Below, piece after piece: positions 27,905 through 35,402 of a stretch of DNA of 64,000 bases (the first letter of the stretch is position 1; every line of letters starts with the position of its first letter). The notes beneath the pieces are model-generated. The model ran no database searches, was not told the DNA's origin, and worked only from the letters and a program-made list of their open reading frames with translations. Source of the stretch: a virus; IMG/VR virus record IMGVR_UViG_3300021962_008382, positions 1 to 64,000 of that record; one strand, 5' to 3'. Both the position numbers and the translations under genes were made by a program.

Positions 27905-28597
27905 TTACTCTGATTTAGCTGCTACTAAGTTGTTAGTCCATTTACACGCTTTGATTTTACCTATAATTTGACGTATATCAGATGCATACTCCTTACCGCG
28001 AGTTGAGCTAGCACCACCAGTACCAGCGTGGTATGAGGCCCATGTAGACATCCAATTATAGGTAGTATTACGTCTCCAAGACTGTAGTTCCTTTACTGCT
28101 AATTCTGCTGCAAGCTCGGGTTTATTAACCAGTTCTTGCATTGCTCGATTCAGATTATACGGGGTATTTTTCCACCGGTAATATCTAAGAACTTTATCAA
28201 GGGTGACATGATAGTATCCTCCAGATGGGTCACCGATGTTAACGTTAATGCGACCCCCGTTACTTTCTTTAAGAGCGATCGCAGCAAGAGTATATCCCAG
28301 ATCATACTTTACACCATATTCATAAGAAAAATTAACTACATCAAGCTGATCTTTTTCGATATAACATTCTTCCGTTACCATAGGACCGATCTCTTGAGCT
28401 ATCGGCTCTACCGGTTCTACCGGTTCTAAATACGGTTCGTAGAGATCGGATATCTCAAGCGGAGATATCTCACTTTCAAATACTACCTCATCCTCGCTAT
28501 CTAGAACCTGTTGTGCTATAACACCTATGAATAACCCGGTAACAACCCAAAAAATTATAGTATCTACTTCTACTTTTAACGGCTTAGATACTGACAT
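27905..28597 (-). CDS. Membrane-anchored lytic transglycosylase (SLT-like)
   Basis: N-terminal TM; AAIALKES catalytic motif, GYYHV, ASYHAG. Confidence 0.7.
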   Translation of the reverse strand: MSVSKPLKVEVDTIIFWVVTGLFIGVIAQQVLDSEDEVVFESEISPLEISDLYEPYLEPVEPVEPIAQEIGPMVTEECYIEKDQLDVVNFSYEYGVKYDLGYTLAAIALKESNGGRINVNIGDPSGGYYHVTLDKVLRYYRWKNTPYNLNRAMQELVNKPELAAELAVKELQSWRRNTTYNWMSTWASYHAGTGGASSTRGKEYASDIRQIIGKIKACKWTNNLVAAKSE

Positions 28598-28706
28598 TTA
28601 GGAGTCCTGTGTTACTGTCTTTTCTTTGCTCTTGAGAAAAGCCAGATAGTTTGACCTCTGTAATGCTACTTTATATCTACTATTCTTGTTACGATTAACG
28701 AAGTGT

Positions 28707-28964
28707 TTATTTACCGGTTTCATCTTTCCACACCGCAAAGAACCATTCTGTGAAATTATAATAGTCATTTTTATATTTAGCCTCCCATTCAGTTAACAAA
28801 GTCTTTAGAGCTTCGATCAAGGTGTATACTGCAATTACAAAAACATACCAGCTAACTACTACAACTGTGAATGCAACGAGCGTAAATCTACGAACAATTA
28901 CATTTTTTATAGAGGAAACTGCATCATATAGATTCATAGTAAAATATTTCCAGGCTTTACACAA
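28707..28964 (-). CDS. Hypothetical membrane protein
   Basis: One TM helix. Confidence 0.5.
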   Translation of the reverse strand: MCKAWKYFTMNLYDAVSSIKNVIVRRFTLVAFTVVVVSWYVFVIAVYTLIEALKTLLTEWEAKYKNDYYNFTEWFFAVWKDETGK

Positions 28965-29230
28965 TTACACTTAATATAACCACTATAACTTACTCTTAGA
29001 TTATGCTCTTTCGGGTCAATCCCAACGCATTGCATAATACGAGAAACTTTTTCAACTATCGCATCAGGGTCAGTTGTTACATTATAAGTAACAATTCGCT
29101 TAGATGGATCTTTGTTAGTCTTCTTATTGCGATAAGTCTTGTCTGTCCAGGTGCAGTAGATGCTACCAGAGAGCTCCCCACATACCAGGCGAACAATATT
29201 ACGAAATGTAGTAGTATACAACGTTTTCAT
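28934..29230 (-). CDS. Hypothetical protein
   Basis: RBS GAGGG; downstream of a TTGAAC-17-TATAAT promoter (29260-29288). Confidence 0.6.
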   Translation of the reverse strand: MKTLYTTTFRNIVRLVCGELSGSIYCTWTDKTYRNKKTNKDPSKRIVTYNVTTDPDAIVEKVSRIMQCVGIDPKEHNLRVSYSGYIKCNCVKPGNILL

Positions 29231-29295
29231 TCTTCCCTCACTCTCTTTATAATGAACATATTATAGCTAGTTACTTATTACGGTTCAACTGTAAC

Positions 29296-29778
29296 TTAGT
29301 TAGCTTGAAGTAAACTTATACCGCGATCAGCTGCGAAAGAAGCTGCAAAAGCGTTGGGTTTGATAAGAGGAATTACGTTACAAGTTCCTCGTATATAACC
29401 GATAGCTTGTTGAACAACGCAAGACGAACCATGCGACTTGTCAGGATTAATATCCAAGTGAACTTCCATCTCACGATCGTAAATAACTTCTTTAAGTTTA
29501 GAAAAAACTTCTGCAACTTTGTAGACTTCATTCATGAGTCTTTGAGCTGGTCTATCTTTACGTTGATCGTAATCCCGCTCACGAGTAACTTCACCGAAGA
29601 CCTTACACCCATGACGACCGTCAATATGTACGCAGATAGCAATCATATAGTCAGCGTACCATTCCCCGTTCATTCTAAAGCGTTCAGAATCCGAGCCAAT
29701 GTAGACCTTGGTCTGAGGAGATTGAGCATCGATGAATGCTTTTACTTCCTCGATATTAAGTTTTTTTAATACTCTCAT
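29296..29778 (-). CDS. RNase H-like YkuK/DUF458 protein
   Basis: YIGSDS, RLMNEV, EVHLDIN, IKPNAFAASFAAD. Confidence 0.85.
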   Translation of the reverse strand: MRVLKKLNIEEVKAFIDAQSPQTKVYIGSDSERFRMNGEWYADYMIAICVHIDGRHGCKVFGEVTRERDYDQRKDRPAQRLMNEVYKVAEVFSKLKEVIYDREMEVHLDINPDKSHGSSCVVQQAIGYIRGTCNVIPLIKPNAFAASFAADRGISLLQAN

Positions 29779-29784
29779 ATACCT

Positions 29785-29862
29785 TGGAGCTCAGGGCCGG
29801 ATTCGAACCGGCGGCTTTACGGTTTTGCAGACCGTTGCATTGGGCCTCTCTGCCACCTGAGC
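29785..29862 (-). tRNA. tRNA-Cys(GCA)
   Basis: Cloverleaf, anticodon loop CTGCAAA, GGTTCGAATCC, encoded CCA. Confidence 0.9.
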
Positions 29863-29921
29863 ATTAATTACCTACTTACTCACTCCGACCAGGGCAAGTT
29901 TAAAGTGCTTCCGACACTATC

Positions 29922-29998
29922 TGGTGCGTCTGAGAGGACTCGAACCTCTGACCCTGTGCTTAGAAGGCACATGCTCTATCCAGCTGAGCTACAAACGC
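29922..29998 (-). tRNA. tRNA-Arg(TCT)
   Basis: TGTGC-CTTCTAA-GCACA arm, encoded CCA. Confidence 0.93.
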
Positions 29999-30003
29999 AT
30001 GTA

Positions 30004-30079
30004 TGGTAGGGATAGATGGAATCGAACCATCGACCCGCAGCTTATAAGACTGCTGCTCTCACCACTGAGCTATACCCCC
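30004..30079 (-). tRNA. tRNA-Ile(TAT)
   Basis: GCAGT-CTTATAA-GCTGC arm, A73, CCA. Confidence 0.88.
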
Positions 30080-30128
30080 GTTGCGTATACATTATACTAT
30101 ATTACGTTCTACCATGCAAGGTTTATTA

Positions 30129-30206
30129 TGGTGCCCTCGGTGGGATTCGAACCCACACTGTACTGGTTCTAAGCCAGCTTCCTCTGCCTGATTGGGATAC
30201 AAGGGC
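30129..30206 (-). tRNA. tRNA-Leu(TAG) with short variable loop
   Basis: GCTGG-CTTAGAA-CCAGT arm, A73, CCA. Confidence 0.85.
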
Positions 30207-30210
30207 GGTA

Positions 30211-30279
30211 TAGAAGTCTTAGAAGGAATCGAGCCTTCGTCTTCGCAGTTGCGTTGTTTTACCATTAAACTATAAAACT
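30211..30279 (-). pseudogene. Degenerate tRNA-like element lacking an anticodon loop
   Basis: Acceptor AGTTTTA/TAAGACT, D arm and T arm present; anticodon arm reduced to CGCAACTGCG; no CCA. Confidence 0.6.
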
Positions 30280-30404
30280 TTAATTCTTCCGTAGCAGTCT
30301 TCAATATCAACATGAGGCCAATGCAAAATTTTGCATTCGCCGTTTTCTTTTACTGATGCACAACTTGTTAAAAGTAACATTACCATACACAGGTATTTTT
30401 TCAT
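30270..30404 (-). CDS. Small lipoprotein (44 aa)
   Basis: MKKYLCMVMLLLTSCASV... with lipobox LTSC; below the ORF-track cutoff. Confidence 0.6.
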   Translation of the reverse strand: MKKYLCMVMLLLTSCASVKENGECKILHWPHVDIEDCYGRIKVL

Positions 30405-30418
30405 TTATTCTACTTAAG

Positions 30419-30495
30419 TGGTCGGAGATGAGGGATTCGAACCCACGACCCTCTGCTCCCAAAGCAGATGCTCTACCAAGCTGAGCTAATCTCCG
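30419..30495 (-). tRNA. tRNA-Pro(TGG)
   Basis: C1-G72, TCTGC-TTTGGGA-GCAGA, CCA. Confidence 0.93.
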
Positions 30496-30501
30496 AAAAA
30501 T

Positions 30502-30589
30502 TGGCGGAGAGAGAGGGATTTGAACCCCCGTGGCTGTTACACCCATCTGTTTTCAAGACAGCGCCGATAAGCCTCTCCGGCATCTCTCC
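30502..30589 (-). tRNA. tRNA-Ser(TGA)
   Basis: Loop CTTGAAA, long variable arm, G73, CCA. Confidence 0.92.
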
Positions 30590-30594
30590 TTATG

Positions 30595-30668
30595 TGGTGC
30601 CGAAACTCAGAATCGAACTGAGGATAGAGGGTTACAAAGCCTCTGTTATACCACTTAACTATATCGGC
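30595..30668 (-). tRNA. tRNA-Thr(TGT)
   Basis: GAGGC-TTTGTAA-CCCTC arm, CCA. Confidence 0.88.
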
Positions 30669-30693
30669 GTTACAACGTTGTAACTTATTTATC

Positions 30694-31689
30694 TTAGAAC
30701 GGTTTCGGCTCCGGTGTAGCTTCTGTTGACGGGGGTAGTACCGGTAACGTAATAGTCGGTAACTCACCAGTCAAAGTTTTAAGAAACGCTACGATCTTTT
30801 GTGTTTCTTCCTCACTAAACTCATATCCCAACTGAATCTTACCCATTATGTTTACGGCTTCAGATAAGGTTTTAACTTGACCGTCATGGAAGTAGGGGTA
30901 AGTAAGTTCTACATTTCTAAGCATAGGAACTTTAAATACGTTACGGTCGTCATCGTCGTTAGTTACATCATAGCGACCCTGAGAAGGATTGGCAGTTTCG
31001 TATTCTCCCACAATACCCAACTTCATAAACATCGTACCACCAAAAGTAGGACCGCTGTGGCAGGCTGTACAACCGGTTGTGGTAAACAACTGATAACCAT
31101 CCAGCTCTTCAGGGGTAATAGCTTCTTGATTACCCATCGCAAACTGATCAAATCTAGAATTTGTAGTTACTAATGAGCGCTCAAACTCAGCAATGCTATT
31201 TGCTACGTTATCGATATTAACATATTCTTCTGCGGTAGCTTTACTGTCTGGTGTATCGTAGATATCTTCAAACTCTTGAACATAAGCTGGAATAGACTTC
31301 AATACCGCAATCGTGAGATCATGATTAGATGCCATTTCGCCTGGTTCCTGTATTGGACCTTTAGCCTGCTCTTCTAAAGTAGCAGCGCGACCATTCCAAA
31401 ATTGCGAGGTCTGAAATCCAGAATTAAACACCGTAGGTGAATTCATTCCCACATCTTCCCACTCATGACCAACTGAAGTTTCGAGGTTATCTGTACCTGA
31501 CAATGCAAGATTATGACAAGAATTGCAAGAGATTATGCCTGACTTAGATACTCGTGTATCGAAGAACAGTTTCTTACCCAACTCAACTTTATCTGGATTG
31601 AGATCGTCCGGTGCGACCAGGGTTAAAGCCTGCTGGGCAAGTACCTGGTTAGCAGCTAGTATCGAAAGAGCAAGTAATTTTTTAAGCAT
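30694..31689 (-). CDS. Di-haem cytochrome c peroxidase (CCP/MauG family)
   Basis: Signal peptide, LGKKLFFDTRVS, CNSCH, QFWNGRA, CTACH, FKVPMLRNVELTYPYFHDG. Confidence 0.95.
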   Translation of the reverse strand: MLKKLLALSILAANQVLAQQALTLVAPDDLNPDKVELGKKLFFDTRVSKSGIISCNSCHNLALSGTDNLETSVGHEWEDVGMNSPTVFNSGFQTSQFWNGRAATLEEQAKGPIQEPGEMASNHDLTIAVLKSIPAYVQEFEDIYDTPDSKATAEEYVNIDNVANSIAEFERSLVTTNSRFDQFAMGNQEAITPEELDGYQLFTTTGCTACHSGPTFGGTMFMKLGIVGEYETANPSQGRYDVTNDDDDRNVFKVPMLRNVELTYPYFHDGQVKTLSEAVNIMGKIQLGYEFSEEETQKIVAFLKTLTGELPTITLPVLPPSTEATPEPKPF

Positions 31690-31696
31690 AAGTCTC

Positions 31697-31924
31697 CTAA
31701 TTAATAATTTCAATATCTGATTCTGTAATAACCGCTACTCTGGCACCACACGAAAGCAACATCTTATCGTTACCCGAGTAAATAACTTCACTAGGTCCTA
31801 AAATACGAACCCCACGGCAGTATGTATTCTTTCTTCCTTCTTTAATAGTGATGACAGGTTCATCTTCCCCTGTCTTTTTGTTCTGCCTAATTACATGCTG
31901 ATTAACGTGTATGTATTTTTTCAT
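31697..31924 (-). CDS. Conserved hypothetical phage protein
   Basis: IHVNQHVIR...LSCGARV pattern. Confidence 0.7.
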   Translation of the reverse strand: MKKYIHVNQHVIRQNKKTGEDEPVITIKEGRKNTYCRGVRILGPSEVIYSGNDKMLLSCGARVAVITESDIEIIN

Positions 31925-31949
31925 ATCAGTTTTTCAGTTATAACGAATT

Positions 31950-31980
31950 TGGTGCCCGAGGCCGGACTTGAACCGGCATG
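31950..31980 (-). pseudogene. 3' fragment of the interrupted tRNA-Leu
   Basis: CATGCCGGTTCAAGTCCGGCCTCGGGCACCA (T arm + acceptor strand + CCA). Confidence 0.85.
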
Positions 31981-31986
31981 TCTTAT

Positions 31987-32073
31987 TGGTGCGGGTGGTG
32001 GGAATCGAACCCACAAGGGATATACCCGACAGATTTTAAGTCTGTTCTGTTTACCTAGTTTCAGCACACCCGC
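31987..32073 (-). tRNA. tRNA-Leu(TAA)
   Basis: ACAGA-CTTAAAA-TCTGT, long variable arm, A73, CCA. Confidence 0.92.
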
Positions 32074-32495
32074 TTATTCTTACCTCTATAGGTGTCTGTC
32101 GTTGCATGACAGTTAGGACAAAGAATACGAAGATTTTCCAATCTATGATCATATGTGTCACCGTTTATATGATCTAGCTCTAGTCCTATTTTAACACCTC
32201 CCCATTCAGAAATCCCGCACATTTCACACTCATTCTTTTTAATACCTTCATCAAAGAGCCTTTTTTTAATTCCTCTTCTCTGGTACTGCGGGTGCTTTCC
32301 TGCTAAAATATCTTCTGTTTCAATTACTGCTGGTCTGACTTTACTTACACCTTTACCAGGCTGATTAGTATTCCATACACCAAGTTTCTTCGCATACTTG
32401 CGATACGTGTCATATTGTATCCCCAGCGATGCTGCCGCTTGAGCAGCTGATGGCAATTTCGATGCTTCAACAATCTTTTCTGCTGTAACTTTCAT
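32061..32495 (-). CDS. HNH homing endonuclease (tRNA-associated type)
   Basis: CEMCG...LELDHINGD..DHRLENLRILCPNCH; RBS GGAGG before MKVTAE. Confidence 0.93.
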   Translation of the reverse strand: MKVTAEKIVEASKLPSAAQAAASLGIQYDTYRKYAKKLGVWNTNQPGKGVSKVRPAVIETEDILAGKHPQYQRRGIKKRLFDEGIKKNECEMCGISEWGGVKIGLELDHINGDTYDHRLENLRILCPNCHATTDTYRGKNKRVC

Positions 32496-32535
32496 AGACA
32501 CCTCCATGTACTATATGTATGTGTCTACTACTTTT

Positions 32536-32562
32536 GAGCGTATACCATTTCACCACTCGGGC
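32536..32562 (-). pseudogene. 5' fragment of the interrupted tRNA-Leu
   Basis: GCCCGAGTGGTGAAATGGTATACGC; GCCCGAG is the exact complement of CTCGGGC in the 3' fragment. Confidence 0.85.
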
Positions 32563-32566
32563 TTAA

Positions 32567-32682
32567 GTGCTAGTCTTTCCTAGCTGTCAATAACGCCACT
32601 GTTCTACCTGTATCTCTCATACCGCTGTTTCAGATATGCAGTTCCCTAATTACTAGGCCACCAGTTAAGGGAGGCGTTATCT
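32567..32682 (-). ncRNA. Candidate structured RNA
   Basis: ATAACGCC/GGCGTTAT closing stem, internal hairpins, terminal GCTAG-GAAAGA-CTAGC; no ORF. Confidence 0.45.
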
Positions 32683-32696
32683 CCACCCATCAATTC

Positions 32697-32846
32697 TTTA
32701 GTTAGTGCTACACTAGGACAAACTTTCCAGTCGATGGCCGATCGTGGTAAGCCTTTGTCAGGGTTATATCAGACTTCGAAGAAGGCCCTTTGATGTCGCG
32801 TAGTTGGTGTTCCTGCCAACGGTACCCCTTGTAGCACTAACTAAAA
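32697..32846 (-). ncRNA. Candidate structured RNA closed by a 16-bp perfect stem
   Basis: TTTAGTTAGTGCTACA / TGTAGCACTAACTAAA enclosing ~115 nt of GC-richer hairpins. Confidence 0.55.
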
Positions 32847-32891
32847 AATACCGGTTACGGCTCCGGTGTCTGCTCAACAGACCGATTACGA

Positions 32892-33869
32892 TTAAGCTGC
32901 TTTCGAATACTCCAGAGCCAGATCCAACGCTTTCTCTTTCTTAGCTCGGTTCAGACCATACCAGGCCGAAGTCAGGCGTGAATCTTTCGAACGACCCAGC
33001 GTATGATCGGTCATATACGTTACCGTATTGAACGCCTGCCACCAAGACCCTTCAGCAAACTTAGCACCCGGCTGCACATGAATCACAGCCATAGCTTCCT
33101 CAGCATTAGCCGATACGGCAGTTTTGCGAAGATCGATTTTCTTCAGCTCTTCCGGTTCCATGATCGGTGGGAAGACACGATTGAAGTACTCGGTCAGCGT
33201 CTCCTTATTATAACGTTTCGAGCCCAGGTATTTAGCCTGCTCACGATAACCGACCAGGCGATCCTTAGCGATACCTAGAGTCTCTTTCACCATATCACCA
33301 TCAAACTGACTGCGGTGATTCAATCGAACGGCGTGCTTAGCGCGATCCGACAGAGCCATAGTCAACGTATTGTTGCATACTACGCGGACCGGTGTAAATC
33401 GAATATCGATCGAGCGACCGAATTCATGAGGGTTAGAGAAGAGCAGATACCCCTCTACCTTATCCCCACCAAACAGCTCGAACGATTCTTTAATCTGAGC
33501 CAGCGCCCAGACCATCTTACCACCTCGCAAAGAACCAGCCGTATGCATCTCCATATCACCGGTCATTACGAAGTCGTTGAAGAACTCAAAGGCTTCCTGA
33601 TTCTGTACCGGTTTCCAGTTCTTGGAAATAACCGTCAGAAGCTTCTCATCAGAAGTCCGAATCAGAGCTTGCTGATTGGATTTTACCGGGCCGTTAGCCG
33701 TATCGTAGTACAGATCGCGTTTCTCGACCGTCCAATCCAGTCCAGCCGTAATCAACACCTGCTCAGGCGTCAGATCTGCCGGAACTTTCTTACCCAGACC
33801 GTGCCAGGGCGTTTCACCTGCATAGACCATCTGAGCTTCGCCGTTTACAATTTCAAGTTCATGTGCCAT
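32892..33869 (-). CDS. DUF932 / TIGR03299-type phage/plasmid protein
   Basis: PWHGLG, AGLDWTV, TAGSLRGGK.VWALA, TPVRVVCNNTL. Confidence 0.9.
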   Translation of the reverse strand: MAHELEIVNGEAQMVYAGETPWHGLGKKVPADLTPEQVLITAGLDWTVEKRDLYYDTANGPVKSNQQALIRTSDEKLLTVISKNWKPVQNQEAFEFFNDFVMTGDMEMHTAGSLRGGKMVWALAQIKESFELFGGDKVEGYLLFSNPHEFGRSIDIRFTPVRVVCNNTLTMALSDRAKHAVRLNHRSQFDGDMVKETLGIAKDRLVGYREQAKYLGSKRYNKETLTEYFNRVFPPIMEPEELKKIDLRKTAVSANAEEAMAVIHVQPGAKFAEGSWWQAFNTVTYMTDHTLGRSKDSRLTSAWYGLNRAKKEKALDLALEYSKAA

Positions 33870-33907
33870 AATATAATCCTCAGTTAAGTTATTTGTTCCT
33901 ACAACGT

Positions 33908-33936
33908 TATTATAATCTGTTACGGGTTACAAATCA
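33908..33936 (-). promoter_or_regulatory. sigma70-type early promoter
   Basis: TTGATT-17 bp (containing CGTAAC)-TATAAT. Confidence 0.7.
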
Positions 33937-33944
33937 ACTTTATT

Positions 33945-34361
33945 TTAAGCATCGAGCCAGGCAGTATCGGTAAGAAGTTCAATTTTCTCATCCCACTCAC
34001 CGTAACGAGTTTTTTCGACAATTCTAAACTTCTCCCCCAGCGCAACCCACTCCACTCTTAAAGTAAACCCTGCCATAGGGGGAAACGATATATGAGGATA
34101 CTGCTGTTTCAGATATTGATCGATAATATCATTGATTTTATCAGTTTCTCGACTCCATTCGGACTCATCTTCTATAGACTCCAGACTATCTATCTGCTCT
34201 ATCATCTCAACCAGAAACGGATCAAACAATAGATCATAGTTATGGTATTCGGTCCACCAGCCGTCACAAGAAAGAATCACGGCTACCTTATCATCACGAA
34301 TCTCTTTCTGCTTACTCATAGTAATAGTAATCTTATCCTGAACGGCAGTAGAGTCTTTCAT
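33945..34361 (-). CDS. Hypothetical protein
   Basis: Coupled ORF. Confidence 0.65.
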   Translation of the reverse strand: MKDSTAVQDKITITMSKQKEIRDDKVAVILSCDGWWTEYHNYDLLFDPFLVEMIEQIDSLESIEDESEWSRETDKINDIIDQYLKQQYPHISFPPMAGFTLRVEWVALGEKFRIVEKTRYGEWDEKIELLTDTAWLDA

Positions 34362-34610
34362 TATTCCTCACCAAAATACTGATTAATCGAGTATACCAGC
34401 TTCATGGCTTCATCATACGACAGCCTAATTACATCTTTACATTCGGTCTTAGATCCATTCTCATCGGTAGTTACATCATAATACCGAATCTCAATGGCAT
34501 CTACGTTACTTCCTACCAAAGGATTACCCACTTCATAGTAGTAATCTATGGTCTCCTTGCCTTCATCTTTAGTTGAGATAGTATAAGTAAGGTTTCTGTA
34601 TAGTTCAGTC
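34361..34610 (-). CDS. Hypothetical protein
   Basis: Coupled ORF; start approximate. Confidence 0.55.
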
Positions 34611-34991
34611 ATTTTTCTCTCTCCATTCCAGTTCACGTGTTAAAAGAATCTTAAATTGTGGATGAATTCTGAGCTGAGTACTCAAAATCGCTTGAATATG
34701 CTCTTCAGTCATATCCTTCACTAGTATATAGTGCAGCTTCTCCCGACCACTCTTACCATAAGTACCCCAAGTAACCAAATTTCTTGCAGTTTCATGGTCA
34801 GTTTCCAAGGTTACACTGCTGTCCTTAGCTGGAACTTTGTTAACCGACCGCCTCAGATAGTCTAGACCCCCATCTACCATGTAAATCTCACCGGAAATGG
34901 TGTCAGTATGTGATCGAAAATCATGTCTATGGCGGGATTCCAATACAGTCCCATCAGGAGTTATGATAGCATTACGGATAATATTAGTCAT
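34605..34991 (-). CDS. Conserved hypothetical phage protein
   Basis: TPDGTVLESRHRHDF, MVDGGLDYLRR, WGTYGK motifs. Confidence 0.75.
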   Translation of the reverse strand: MTNIIRNAIITPDGTVLESRHRHDFRSHTDTISGEIYMVDGGLDYLRRSVNKVPAKDSSVTLETDHETARNLVTWGTYGKSGREKLHYILVKDMTEEHIQAILSTQLRIHPQFKILLTRELEWREKND

Positions 34992-35150
34992 ATGGTGTTA
35001 CTCTATAGTTTTCCATGTTTGCGCGCGGAAATTTTTCTATATTTCTCTATATCGCGCGGGAAAAAATTTTTAAGTAAGATGGTAACTACTCCTGAAACCT
35101 AGTTATACAGAGTAACTATACTTTTTTTGAGAAGTTGTACTACTGTTTTT

Positions 35151-35309
35151 CTATACCTCTTCTATACCGTCTATCTGACTCAGGCAGCCTTCTACTATCC
35201 ACACCTCAAAGCCTGTCTTAGCTGCTATCTCTTGTACGGAGAGCCCCTGATCATACAGCGACTTCACCATGTCCTTGAACTCGAACCACATGTTCTGTGT
35301 ATAGGTCAT
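35151..35309 (-). CDS. Small HTH-like protein
   Basis: LYDQGLSVQEIAAKTG; start placed at MTYTQ. Confidence 0.55.
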   Translation of the reverse strand: MTYTQNMWFEFKDMVKSLYDQGLSVQEIAAKTGFEVWIVEGCLSQIDGIEEV

Positions 35310-35402
35310 GGAGTCACCACCAGGAACATCCAGGCTACGCCTACCCACATGACCATGGCTACTAGTGCCATGCCTACATCTACTATATCTTTCATTGTCA
35401 TA

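Noticed and set aside
29922-30206. Amber suppressor tRNA or stop-codon recoding
   Set aside because: Correct loop registers give TCT (Arg) and TAG (Leu), not CTA; core genes are intact in the standard code
29924-30767. Short ORFs across the tRNA cluster
   Set aside because: Translations of tRNA genes or their complements
31981-32535. Self-splicing group I intron in tRNA-Leu
   Set aside because: The insert is filled by the ORF and a second tRNA, with no room for P/Q/R/S elements, and the original anticodon arm is missing
32697-32846. Retron msr-msd, 6S RNA or RNase P assignment
   Set aside because: No reverse transcriptase in the window and no diagnostic conserved motifs recognised
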